DNA from: Macrostomum lignano
Taxonomy: Eukaryota
Assembly: GCA_002269645.1 (NCBI GenBank)
Contig: NIVC01000103.1
Location: 62,001 to 126,000, forward strand
Length of the DNA stretch: 64,000 bases
Direction: 5' to 3'
Part shown: piece by piece, positions 33,721 through 45,365 of the stretch
Layout: every line of letters begins with the position of its first letter
Position numbering within the stretch: the stretch's first letter is position 1
The notes under the pieces: model-generated
The model's input: the letters and a program-made list of their open reading frames with translations, nothing else
Told to the model about the DNA's origin: nothing
Databases searched by the model: none
Made by a program: the position numbers and the translations under genes

Positions 33721-35609
33721 TTAGTTGTATATTTTGTACGCTTAAATGAATTCAATTTTCATAGGCTAATATCGAGTTTTTCTGATGTGTTGTGAGATGA
33801 AGGTTTCGAGGGGTGGGAAGTTCTTAATAATGTGATATGAAGAAATGGATCTTCTTCAACAAATGGCGATATATTGCAGAATGTTTCTCCTACAAGATAG
33901 ACAAACCAGAATACAACAAAGCATAGCTAATTACTTATATGCACCTCTTTCTAGGAACCCAGCATCCGACACAATACGTAGGCTCTAATTGAGCGAGTTT
34001 TAATCGTACAGTAAATAGAAAGTTATTGTGAATTTACATCTTATTTAGAAAAACACAACTTATTAGACGTATACTGTAAATTATCCGTATTTGCTAAAAG
34101 TATGTATGGAAGCATAATAAATGCGTATACACGTACTTCAACAGGTGCAGGCTGGTGGTGGCGCCCCTAAAGCTTTTGTCGTCCATCTATATTAGACCTT
34201 GAAAAGTTACACATGGTAGTTTTTATCTTTACTCGCCATTGCAAGCTTAATTTTTATCGCTACACTCTGTACTTTCTACTTATTAGTAGACGAACTCTGA
34301 CCCCTCTCCTCTGACCCCTCAGCTTTCGTGCGGTAGCTTTTATACGTCTCGCCGAGTAATCATGCTTCGCGTACATGTAGACTGGTCAAATCAAAATTAC
34401 CGTTCGAACTTTAACAAATCGCATGCATTGTCAATTAGAGAATAGAATCAAATTTTATTAATTTGCAGTTTAATAGTACAGTATGTATTTGTAGGTAAGG
34501 AGCGAAATATTAATAGGAAAAAAATTATTGCCACTTTAATATTGCAGTAGGTTAACGAAGATTTTGATTCAAAAAGGACAATAGCAAAACAGCTGTTGCA
34601 TGTAATATAGCACGAATAATAGAATTGTCTATCATAAAATTTTGATTAAAATGATTAAATATTTAAGTGCAAGAAACATGTCGTACATTTTACGTGATGT
34701 ACACGCAAGGCATCAGGTGCAACACCATAAATAAAATTCCTCTAAATATGCATTGGATAAATAGGAGCCAGCTCTGGCCAAAGCAATAATAAAAAGTAAT
34801 CTAAAGAAAAAACGTACAAAGTTGTAAAACAATTAGTACTTAACATAATTTTGATTTCTTTAACTCAAAATTCCAAAAGCGTTACCTCGGGCTCCAGATC
34901 CTTAAGTTGCCGTGAATTTTTTACTATAGTCCCTTATATCCCTGCTGCCGAATCTGATATGATACAATTTAGAGGCAAACTCGCACTTGAAAAGCAAACA
35001 ACAATACATTCCCCAGCTGACTGTGCTTGGAGACGACTGGGGCCCCCGACGTCCTAGAATTATCCCAGAAAATAAAAAATTCCACATGAAACTCCTGTTT
35101 TAAGTGACCCTGGTAGCCATTACAGCTATGAATGGCTATGAGTCCATTCCATACGTCTCAAAGCTTGTCTCTTAACAGTCCAGCAGACGAAAATAAAGCT
35201 GGAAAATTTAGTAAGTAATTCCCTACCATGGAAACAGGGTTATAAAAATGGAATAGATAATAACAAAAAATAAATACTCCAGTAGTTAATTACAAGTTAC
35301 TCATTACATGCATTTGAGGCACAAAAGGTAAAGTTATTTCAAAATTTTAGGCGTAAAAATGTCGGGTCTCAGATAACGCGAAACCCGCTTCCATTGTAAT
35401 GGGTTATAGCTCGCGAACTGTACATGTATTTTGCACGGCCCAGCTCGCAAAAGCTTCAAACAAATAAAAAAGCTTAAAGAGCGAAATAATAAATAATAAA
35501 GATTTGAAACGCTATTTGGGTTTATCCGCAAAGATATTGGAATCATAAATATTAGATTAAGACTTACAGAACTGAAACGATGGCTGAATCGACCGAGTAA
35601 AAATGTTTA

Positions 35610-38600
35610 CTAATCCTCGGTTTTCCACTTGAAAAAAGCTGGTACTGACAGACAGGTCTCACGGATGGTGTCCTCGAATCCCATTCTGCTCCTCATCTTA
35701 GACCTTTGCCACACAGCCAGTAGAAGTACAAACCAAGACCCGGAGGCCTCTGTGTGCCGGCGCCATTCGTCGAAGAACTGGTCGCTCAGCATATTAGACG
35801 TGTTGTCCACCAGGAAGGCCTCTATTCGTCCTCGAACCACAGCCGCCGAATTGCTCATGACGAGTTGGTGGTCGTAGCGGCAGGTGCATTCTTTGCTGAC
35901 GATGTTTTTCGCCACTTGTGTTAACACGCCGATGTATTCGTCGTGCAGTAGTTTCTCCGACTCTGCCGATTCTGCTTTGCGCAGGCTAGATCCTCGGTAT
36001 TCGTACTCGTTGTAGATGCCTTTGCAAGCAGGGCAGCTAGCGGCGGCCGCACTAAGGTGACTCCAAACTATTCTTTCCCTCAAGTGATATTTCTTGTTCA
36101 GTCGATTGTGAATCTCTTGAGTGAAATTTCTTGAGTTTTCCAGATTTCTGTGCCGCTTCTGCTGGACATATCTCACGGCACTCCTAGGCTCCACGATGGC
36201 CAACTCGTCCACTTCGTCCAGATCCGACTCCGGATCTTCGCCCCAAATATCGTGAAACTCGTGCGGCCTGCTCGCTCCGTCCGCTTCGTCGTAGTCCCCG
36301 TTCTGCTTGATCAGCGGCACGAGGCGCTTGGCGTAAACGTCTCTCACCTCGGTAAACTTTGCGGGAAAATCGGGCAGTACCGAACGAAGAGTAGTCTGGA
36401 AGTACCTCAAAATGGAGTCCTTGGGTAGCTGATTCATCGGCATGTTTGGAAACACTCTATGAGCGTCGTTTCCTGAGAAAAGTTCAATTTGAAACTGGAG
36501 GTACTCGCCAGGCTGGTGTGCAAGGAGCTGAATTTTATGTTTTGATTGCTCCTTGATTTCGCCTTTTGATTTCAGCACGCGCATAATGCACAGTTGTCGC
36601 TCACCAGTTAGAAAGAGTTCTTCCTGCATCTGGAACATCTTCAAAGTGACATTCTTGATCCACTTGTATATTCCTGCAGTTTCCTGGCGAAATTTGTTTT
36701 CGGGAAAGCATCCAACTACTCGTATTTCAAGGCTATCAATCATATCGTTCTCTTTCCATTTCGTAACTAACTTGAGCCGCACTTTTAAAAGATTTGTCAC
36801 AATGAGCTCAGATCTGTTGCTTGGCAACTGGCAGTAGTATTCGAGGCTTCCAGAGGCTGGTCCACAGGCCAGATCAATGCGCGTGAACCCAGTTAATAAT
36901 CCATCAGAATCATTCCGATCAGAGGCTGCCGACTTCTGATTTGTCTGTTCAAATTTCACATACAAAGGCCTTTTACCCGACAACATGAGCTGCCGTCCAT
37001 GCTTAAACATTAAAAGCGACTTGCTAGCTTGAATTAATTCATTTCCTGTGCACTCTTTGGCCTTCGTGCCATCGGCATTCCTGCACGTACAACCGCATGA
37101 TGATTTTTCCTCGCCCACATTCCTGGCTGCATTTGACTCAGCCGGCGTCAGGGACCCATTTTCTTTAGTGCCACTTCGTAGCAAAAACTTTCCGGAAATG
37201 GTTATATCTTGATCTTTCCTCTTAGCTTTTGCGGGGCTCGGGACGGTAAAAGAAGCCAGTTGAAGGGTCACATATACTCCTGGCCTGACATCAATGCTTC
37301 TGTAGTCACTGCTCACTGATACTTCGTAATTAATCTCCCCTCGCAACGGGTCGCCTTGGAGCTTGATGGTCTTGTAGTATGTAACTAATGTGACTTTCTT
37401 GTTAACTTTGTAAGCCAATAAAAGCTCCGTAAAGCAGAGCTGCTTTTTGTCAATATTTAAAAAAATTGTACCATTAATATACGCGTTGAATTTGATTTTG
37501 TGGCTCCACTTCTCAAGGCCGATCGGATCTTCCCTTGTTGGCTTCTTTTCTTGGGGCGAACGGATCAACTGAATGTATTCCTTATCAAAATTCGTTCTAA
37601 TGCTAATATTCTGCAAAAATTCTTTAAATTTTATTTCACAAAACGCGACGATGTTTAAGGTAACAATCCGCATCTCTGTAGGCACCCCTCCCCATGTCAT
37701 GCCATGATCCTGATCCGATTCCTTCTGGTCCGATTTCTTCTGGTCCGATTCCTTCTGGTCCGATTCCTTCTGGTCCGATTCCTTCTGGTCCGATTCCTTC
37801 TGGTCCGATTCCTTCTGGTCCGATTCCTTCTGGTCCGATTCCTTCTGGTCCGATTCCTTCTGGTCCGATTCCTTCTGATCCGATTCCTTCTGGTCCGATT
37901 CCTTCTGGTCCGATTCCTTCTGGTCCGATTCCTTCTGGTCCGATTCCTTCTGGTCCGATTCCTTCTGGTCCGATTCGTTCTCATCCGATTCCTTCTGGTC
38001 CGATTCCTTCTGGTCCGATTCCTTCTGGTCCGATTCCTTCTGGTCCGATTCCTTCTGATCCGATTCCTTCTGGTCCGATTCCTTCTGGTCCGATTCCTTC
38101 TGGTCCGATTCCTTCTGATCCGATTCCTTCTGGTCCGATTCCTTCTGGTCCGATTCCTTCTGATCCGATTCCTTCTGGTCCGATTCCTTCTGGTCCGATT
38201 CCTTCTGGTCCGATTCCTTCTGGTCCGATTCCTTCTGATCCGATTCCTTCTGGTCCGATTCCTTCTGGTCCGATTCCTTCTGGTCCGATTCCTTCTGGTC
38301 CGATTCCTTCTGGTCCGATTCCTTCTGGTCCGATTCCTTCTGGTCCGATTCGTTCTCATCCGATTCCTTCTGGTCCGATTCCTTCTGGTCCGATTCCTTC
38401 TGGTCCGATTCCTTCTGATCCGATTCCTTCTGGTCCGATTCGTTCTCATCCGATTCCTTCTGGTCCGATTCCTTCTGGTCCGATTCCTTCTGGTCCGATT
38501 CGTTCTGCTCCGATTCCTTCTGACCTAAATCAATCCAGTCACTCAGCCACCATTGAGCTATCTCCTCACCCTCGGTTTTCATTTTTTCCGATGATTTTAA

Positions 38601-40397
38601 TAAAAAATATGCCTCTTCCGTTAGGGAATTAGCATCCTTATTGGTTGGACCTCGAGTCACGTGATACACTAGCTTTGAGCCATCCTTCCCGACTGATTTC
38701 GTCACCAAAAGCGTTGTTGACTTAAAGTATTTTACGCCTTTTCCGCATTCTTCACTCCAATTTAACTGGTTGGTCTGCAAACATCTCCGATTGCCCAGTT
38801 CCATGCAGTTTCCGGTCACGTGATGCGACTCGTCGACTTTATCCTCGCAGTCAAAATAGTACATGACTAAATTGATCAGGCTGCATTTGTCCATGGGCTG
38901 AATTTCTAGCGTGTTAGGAAGGTCCTCTAATTGACCTCTGATGACAACGCCGTCAGCAGTTGCTGGCACACCTGAAATCTCCACGAGGAAATTCTCCACG
39001 GCTCCACGAAATTCCACGTCGCCTTGGAGGCACTTCCAAACTTTGAAGCTGACGTAGCCATATTCAAATTCCAAATACTCGTAAGTAACCTGGCATACGT
39101 GAGATAAGACGAAACGGCCATTCTGCCCTACCTCGTTCTGGGTACATTTGTGAGAATGGTCACCAATGCTGGTAAATATCCAAGCGTCATCTGCTTTCTC
39201 AGCTTCCAGCTCAAAGCAAAGTATGAAACATTTTGGAACAAGCAAGACTGCTTCGAACGGCTCAATCTTGACGCGAACAATTACTCTCTTTAAGAGGTTT
39301 TCCTTGTCTTCACCTAGTTTTTCTAAGCTAAACATATTTTCTTTCGTTGAAGAATCTTTAGTTTCTGAAATCTGCATGATAAACTTACAGTCTTTAAAGG
39401 ATTTCTCTTCACCATCGATAACTGGAACCAGCTTCATTTCTTGTCTGAACACTGTTAGGGTAGTTGTGCCAATAAGGTGCTGGCTGTCAGTTTTTCTTTC
39501 AAGTTCGATATCCTTATCTTCATGGAGTAATTTCACAGATTTGTGTTCCGTAAGATTGTCGCAGTCGATGCGGAACTCAAGCACCAGAGAATGCTCTGAA
39601 TGCGTCATTGTTTCTTTTTTCTTAACAGTAGTCGCGGGGGCTTCCTCGAAACCGTTTGGTTGCTCGGTGATTTCCACAGCTTCATCATTATCTGTCGCTG
39701 CGCGTACGACAAGACTGAAATTGGACTTGGACTTACCAGTCCACTTCAGATCAGGTAATTTAGCCTTTGTTACATCACGGTTCGTGTCCACGCGATGGAA
39801 TTTGGCGGCGCAAATTGCTAGGCTGTCCAGTGGTTTGAGCACGCTGGTTTTGCATGATGTCATATCAATCTGCAGCTCAGAATTTGATATTGACACAGAA
39901 TTTTCGCACTGGAAATTTAGCGTGACAGGATAGATGGGCCTACAAAACCACTTGTACTGAGGCCTTTTTTTTGTGAATTTTACATCAACATTTATATTGT
40001 TCTTTCCCGTTGAGTTGGAAATTTTTAGTTTCTTGGTACTGAACTCAAGGACCTTACTTGGAGTGTGTCCGATGCAGAGTTCCATTTTGACATTGTCATA
40101 ATTTCCTGCGTTAATGTTGCACTCACGTTCGGCCGTTAGAAGTTGAATAGATCTAGAGTCAGACGTGCCAATAATCGTCCAGTCCGTGTTGGCATCCATC
40201 CAGGAGATGCAATTTGTACTGTCCAGGTGTAGTTTTACGTTGCTGATCTCGGACGGATCAAATTCTAGGCTCTGCAGGCCGGCCTTTATGAAATTAATAA
40301 AGACACGAATGGTCATTTTGGCTGTGTCAGCTGCTTTGCTTGCCTTTGTCGCGGCGCAGAAATTTTTCTTTTTAAGAACTTCTGCACATTTCGACAC
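35610..40397 (-). CDS. Large uncharacterised protein (about 1595 aa) with a central (QKESD)n repeat
   Basis: 4.8-kb stop-free frame, about 4 kb of it non-repetitive. First ATG at 40316, possible acceptor near 40420. No family recognised. Confidence 0.8.
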   Translation of the reverse strand: MSKCAEVLKKKNFCAATKASKAADTAKMTIRVFINFIKAGLQSLEFDPSEISNVKLHLDSTNCISWMDANTDWTIIGTSDSRSIQLLTAERECNINAGNYDNVKMELCIGHTPSKVLEFSTKKLKISNSTGKNNINVDVKFTKKRPQYKWFCRPIYPVTLNFQCENSVSISNSELQIDMTSCKTSVLKPLDSLAICAAKFHRVDTNRDVTKAKLPDLKWTGKSKSNFSLVVRAATDNDEAVEITEQPNGFEEAPATTVKKKETMTHSEHSLVLEFRIDCDNLTEHKSVKLLHEDKDIELERKTDSQHLIGTTTLTVFRQEMKLVPVIDGEEKSFKDCKFIMQISETKDSSTKENMFSLEKLGEDKENLLKRVIVRVKIEPFEAVLLVPKCFILCFELEAEKADDAWIFTSIGDHSHKCTQNEVGQNGRFVLSHVCQVTYEYLEFEYGYVSFKVWKCLQGDVEFRGAVENFLVEISGVPATADGVVIRGQLEDLPNTLEIQPMDKCSLINLVMYYFDCEDKVDESHHVTGNCMELGNRRCLQTNQLNWSEECGKGVKYFKSTTLLVTKSVGKDGSKLVYHVTRGPTNKDANSLTEEAYFLLKSSEKMKTEGEEIAQWWLSDWIDLGQKESEQNESDQKESDQKESDQKESDENESDQKESDQKESDQKESDQKESDQKESDENESDQKESDQKESDQKESDQKESDQKESDQKESDQKESDQKESDQKESDQKESDQKESDQKESDQKESDQKESDQKESDQKESDQKESDQKESDQKESDQKESDQKESDQKESDQKESDQKESDENESDQKESDQKESDQKESDQKESDQKESDQKESDQKESDQKESDQKESDQKESDQKESDQKESDQKESDQKESDQKESDQKKSDQKESDQDHGMTWGGVPTEMRIVTLNIVAFCEIKFKEFLQNISIRTNFDKEYIQLIRSPQEKKPTREDPIGLEKWSHKIKFNAYINGTIFLNIDKKQLCFTELLLAYKVNKKVTLVTYYKTIKLQGDPLRGEINYEVSVSSDYRSIDVRPGVYVTLQLASFTVPSPAKAKRKDQDITISGKFLLRSGTKENGSLTPAESNAARNVGEEKSSCGCTCRNADGTKAKECTGNELIQASKSLLMFKHGRQLMLSGKRPLYVKFEQTNQKSAASDRNDSDGLLTGFTRIDLACGPASGSLEYYCQLPSNRSELIVTNLLKVRLKLVTKWKENDMIDSLEIRVVGCFPENKFRQETAGIYKWIKNVTLKMFQMQEELFLTGERQLCIMRVLKSKGEIKEQSKHKIQLLAHQPGEYLQFQIELFSGNDAHRVFPNMPMNQLPKDSILRYFQTTLRSVLPDFPAKFTEVRDVYAKRLVPLIKQNGDYDEADGASRPHEFHDIWGEDPESDLDEVDELAIVEPRSAVRYVQQKRHRNLENSRNFTQEIHNRLNKKYHLRERIVWSHLSAAAASCPACKGIYNEYEYRGSSLRKAESAESEKLLHDEYIGVLTQVAKNIVSKECTCRYDHQLVMSNSAAVVRGRIEAFLVDNTSNMLSDQFFDEWRRHTEASGSWFVLLLAVWQRSKMRSRMGFEDTIRETCLSVPAFFKWKTED
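37712..38522 (-). repeat. Coding minisatellite, 15-bp unit, about 54 copies, encoding QKESD
   Basis: Tandem TCCGATTCCTTCTGG on the plus strand. The frame of the giant ORF is preserved. Confidence 0.95.
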
Positions 40398-40749
40398 TGA
40401 CTTGATCTCAGGAGTAGACCTAAGCTATTCTGACCCGACTAATAATTTGGACTTTGGCTTTGGATTTCAACACGATCGCAATTGCTGCAACCGCTATATG
40501 CTTTCACCGTGATCGTGAGCAAGGGATGTTGGCTTAAGATATTCCTACAATGGTAATGCAAAAATTATGCAGAAGTTTTTTTTGTAAAAGCAAAGAGTAG
40601 TCGCTGACAGAGCAGAGTTATAATTATAAAACGGAGCAAAAAGGTTCTGCCTGAAGGGCGTACAATATACTCATATACTTCAAGTATATAATTGAATTCA
40701 AGCTAGCTAAAACACGCATGTGACGAGTGAACGGGTTGGAATGGAAGTT

Positions 40750-43550
40750 CTATCCCCCAGACTTATTGAATGTACACTCCTCCTGTCTTTGGGGGTGGGG
40801 GGGCAGAAACAATGGATCTACGACAGACCAAGAAGTAAGACTAGACTGCGCATGGAGAGTAAAAAAGTGTGCCTCTTTCCCATGCCATTTCTCATTCCCA
40901 TGGCATGAAGCAAAACTTGCAAGACATTGCTGCTTGGAAAAATCAACCCCCCAGTCCCTTCTTTATTCAGCACATTTTTCATGGTGACAAGAGAGCAGGG
41001 CAACCGTGAAGCCGCTGACATTTCAGTGCTGGAAATGAGTGCTGATCTGCCCGGGGCGCATTCAATTAATTTAAGCATACTACGGACCACTGCGCCTACA
41101 ATGTAATACACAATCGACTGGCATACTTCGTATTTTGATGAATTCACACAATGTTGAATGGAATTAAGGCTTAAACCCAAACTTCTGAGCATTTATCTGC
41201 TTCCATTGAGGTTTTCCTGCCTCTGTTGATTGTGACGAAGGCAGTAAAGATAATGACAACTAAATAGTGGCATCCTGTTGCTTAACATTGGGACTAGTCG
41301 ATTGGAGAATTCCCTCCAGCGTGCACTAGTAACTGTCTAAAGGCTGAGCGAAACTGTCCCGGAGTCGGATTGTGATTCCAGCCGTTTCGAAGTCTGACGG
41401 CATTGAAAAATAACTCAAGAAAATCCCGCGACAACTTGTAAGTGCAAAGAAAGAAAAAAGCACAACTTGAAAACTAATACTTGGCAAGGGCCATAACAGC
41501 CTCACAATTCACCATGAAGCCGAGAAAGCCAGTTTTCTTTGCAGTTTCAACAATTTTGCGTCCAGACAGATTTTCAAGACTTCCGGGGAACTTAATCGAG
41601 TCAGTAAAGAAGTCAATAAAGTCCGACTGGTTGTCAGCTCTTAGAGCCATTTTGGCCCCGTAATTTACTAGTCGCTTGGAGTTAAAGGCGTCGAACAAGT
41701 CATTCATGTGCTCAATAAAATCTGCCGTCACAAGTACATCATGGTGCTCGAATCCGGCCAAAGCTTGCTGATGTACCCACCGCAGGGAGTCAGAAACTGA
41801 CTTACTAAAAATCTGGGATGCCAAATAGACCTTCATCTTTAAATTGGCAAAGTTGATGTGATGCCTGCTTAGTTTATTTCCCAGTTTGAGCCCGTGACTC
41901 TCCTGAACTTGCTGCAATAGTGAAACATATTTCCAATCAATATTCCCCCTATTCGGCCAAACTATCGTGCCCATTGATTGCCACTGATTGCGAATCAGCT
42001 TCAACATATGAGGCGGATCGAGGAAGGCAGAAACCTGAATTCTTGGGTCACAAGGATGAGGGAACGTGGCGACAATTGAGTCCGGAGAACTAATTTTAGC
42101 CCCAAGAAGTTCAATAGCTCGAATGTTGTGCTGCGTTCCATCGCATGTCACGACAACGCCAACCTGATATAGCCTCTGAATTTATTCTTCTACAACACTA
42201 GACAAAAATTCACCATTCACACCATTGTAGTGAGCCGCTAGTTTAGTGTTAGGCGTCCCCCTTTGTCAGCAGTTTCCCTCGCCCGCGTCCTCGCCCTGGG
42301 TTGCTGTCTGCCGCTGGTCAGCTTCCCGTCTCCCTTGTCTGTCTGTTGTTGCCCCTTTTCCTGCCCTGTTCGTTTCTTGTGCCTCTGTTTTCAGCCCTCA
42401 GCCTCTCTGCTGTGGGCTGTCTCTGTTTCATTCCCGTCCCGGTTTCCTCTGTCATGTGAGCAAGTCACATGACAAATCTTGCGTTCTTGGAGTCCTAAAG
42501 TGCAGTAAACATGTTTACTGCACTCGCTGGTCCTGTTTAGGGAGAATCACGTGCCTCGGGGCCCTTGCCTTCCCTAAGGCAAAGGATGACTCAGTATCTA
42601 AAAATAGATACTGAGTCATGCGGCCCCTTGCACTTCTCTAAGGCGGAGAGTGACGTCAGTTCTAAAAATAGACACTGAGTCACTCCCGGGCGCACTCTTC
42701 CCGCAGACCTCAAGTGAAGTCAGTTCTAAAAATAGAACAAGTCACGAGGGCTGGAGAATCCCGGCTATAAATAGGACCCCTCTCCCCCTAGTTTCCGTCA
42801 AGGAGTCTTTGCCTGCCTCTAAACTTCTAAGATCCCGTGTGCGTTATTGACTGAACTAAGTGCCCCTTTGCGGACACTGAATCTGCTTGTACTGGTCTTA
42901 CTGAGACCCCACTAAAGCCCAACCTCGAACCTACGAGAGGCTAGCTCAGCCCTCCCATCCACCAACCAAGCCCGGCAGGTGCTGCTGACGAGACGTCTTT
43001 TACGTTGAGCTGCAAATCTGCACGTCGTGCTGTGTTCGTTGACTTCGTTATTTCGTTCCGACGGGAAGCTCACCTCATCGAAGGCCGAGACCTGAAGGAA
43101 CTGGTGGCAGAACTACCTACGCTACTGAGAGTTAAGAGAACTTCCCACTGAAAAGGCTCGAGACTTAAGGTAATCTTAAGTGCCTAAACCGGGAAGCAAA
43201 CTGCCTTCTACTTCACCATTTCAATACTAGAAAATAACCTAATGGCAACTTCCAATAGTTCTTCAGACCCACAGCCATCACTACCAATGCCGACGTCGCC
43301 TCCTGATCACTTGCCTTGCCATCCCCTTTGTCAACATAGCCGAAGAACATGCCTTCATTCGAATTCCATTCAATCATTGATTCCAATGACATCTCATCAG
43401 CCACTACATTGCAGTAGTCAAAGGCAGTGCCATCGTCGGAGCTGCGTCGATGAGAAAGTTCTTGGAAAGCATGATCACAAAATCCAGGAAAGCATTTAGC
43501 GTTTGAAATCCATCTACGAAGAGATGCAGAAACTTCCTTCGAATTTCTAC
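40750..43550 (-). pseudogene. P-element/THAP9-type transposase relic, interrupted by a solo LTR
   Basis: LRRW, VVADEMSL, YWKLPLGYFL, VTCDG, FLDPPHMLKLIRN, KMKVYLASQIFS, FDAFNS, GWNHNPTPGQFRSAFR, GGLIFPS. Frameshifts and stops present. Confidence 0.9.
42226..43215 (+). mobile_element. Solo LTR, 990 bp
   Basis: TGTAG...CTTCA ends and CCAT TSD (42222-42225, 43216-43219). Removing it rejoins the transposase (with a frameshift at the junction). TATAAATA at 42766. Confidence 0.8.
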
Positions 43551-44090
43551 GCACGTTGTACGCACGGAGCACCATTGGGAGCGCAGCCCTGACAACCGAG
43601 TCAAACGCCTTCTTGAAATCAACAAAGATGACAATCAGGATCGCGATAACAGCAGGCGGTTGAACAGCTTCGCAGCGCAGGAGTGAAGGCAGATGCCTCG
43701 GTGCTCTTCAAGCCTCGTGGTGCCCGGCTTCTTAGGAACTGCGACGATGTGTGCCGTGGTCCATTCGTTGGGTGCCGCCTCACCGGAAAGCACTCGATTC
43801 ATCAATCTGGCGACCTCACTGGCCACACAGTGGATGCGCAGTGCTTCGATGGGCACCTCGTCCGGACCCAGCGCCTTGCCGCCCGGTGACAGCTGGGCGA
43901 GTTTCACAACGTCGGCTGTGCTGACTGGGGCTACACTGAAACTCTCCTCTGCCGGCAACGGCGTCTCCGGCGGCAGCGTCAGGTTATGCGGCAGCAGGGG
44001 CGGCGGCGCATTGACGATGGCGGCGAAAAACTCACGCAGCTCATTTCTGCGCTCGTCCGCAGTGTCGCCTGCCAGGTTTAGCGCCAACCG
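43550..44090 (-). mobile_element. RTE-like LINE RT fragment, same family as 23960-25654
   Basis: LNLAGDTADERRNELREFFAAIVNAP, GGKALGPDEVP, HIVAVPKKPG, FVDFKK and VLRAY parallel the other copy. Confidence 0.85.
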
Positions 44091-44339
44091 AAAAATCCTA
44101 TTTTTAGTAATACCAGTAATATCACGCAAACAGCGAGTGACTATGCTATTGTCCGAAAAACCGGTTCTCGACATCTATTTTTAGAACTTCCAAATTATGG
44201 TACATGTTAACCTGAATGTGACCAAAGTCTCACCCTTTTCTATTCAAAAACCCCACCTGTCAAGTTTGTCGCAAAATCCCGGGACTGAAATCCCGGCTTT
44301 AGAGGCCAAATCCCGGGATCCCGGGATTGGAATCCCTAC

Positions 44340-45365
44340 GCAAGAGGGACAGCAGCACGCTTAAAAAGCGATAACTGAAGTCTGATGCTGTGCCTACAAT
44401 TCTCCCAATGCACCAAAGTGCCTGTCAACGCCTCGACAACCGGCGCAAAGCACGTGTTCGACTCGACTTGAACAAGATGCGTCTTTAGGGTGAGATGGAC
44501 GATTTTTGTTGAATACTCAATTCTCGATCGCACACCTGTGGAGATTCAGGAGTTGCTCGATGCAGAGCAGAGCCGACCTGCTGGATTTCACACCAGCATC
44601 TGCAACGGCCAGTTGTGTATTTACATGCTAGATTTTAAGCCAGTCTGCCGGATCGCCTGTTCCATCTGCATTGACTCCGATCATAAAGTCTCTATCGCTA
44701 TCAACGGCTTCCCCGCTGTCAAAGGACAAGGTGACGAAGGCACGATTTCTACTATTAGTGGGCTGCCGAATCTTATGGCAAAGTTGAAGAACTGGAAGGA
44801 AAGCACTGATCTGTCTGAGTCACCCGAGCAGGCTAACGGCTTCCTCGACCGGCAGAGGACAAGCTAACAAATGTGCTCGAACAGAAAGATCGACAGATCT
44901 GTGGCATTTCTTCTGGAGCAGCTGTATCTCAGTGGCTGCGAGTCCTGCCGGGAGCTTCTGCTTGAGTTAGACGTTCTGCTTCCTCGTGAAGCAGACACTC
45001 TGCTCCAGTCCGCTGCCTTCACTGTTATTGATCTAGCATCTCGCAAATCCAGCAAGCCACTGTTGGAGAATTTTTGAGGAGATTCGACACAGAGCGAAAC
45101 ACTGCGATGCCAGCTGCTCTGCTCTCCGAGCCAGGTGCTGCTGTTCCCCAACCTCGTGGATGAGCTGATGGAGGATGGTGTCTTCATGGAAATATTCTTT
45201 GATCGCACTATCTGTTCTCAAGGCCACTGCATCAAGGGCGGTGTTGTCAGGTTCTTCTTTAACTCAGTGATGAAGAACCTGTCGAAGGACTTGTCAGCAG
45301 CGACCACCGCTGCCAGAAGAAATAGGAAGCCAGCGAAGCTTTCCAGCCTGTGCACTGACAAGTAA
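44340..45365 (+). pseudogene. Second THAP/P-type transposase relic with an internal deletion of the catalytic core
   Basis: LKSDAVPTILP (end of a THAP domain), FLLEQL, then C-terminal-type RFFFNSVMKN..RKPAKL. No DDE core between them. Confidence 0.6.

Noticed and set aside
37694-38632. (PIPSG)n, (RRNRT)n and (VRFLL)n alternative frames
   Set aside because: They are shadows of the QKESD repeat. Only the QKESD frame continues into long unique ORF on both sides.
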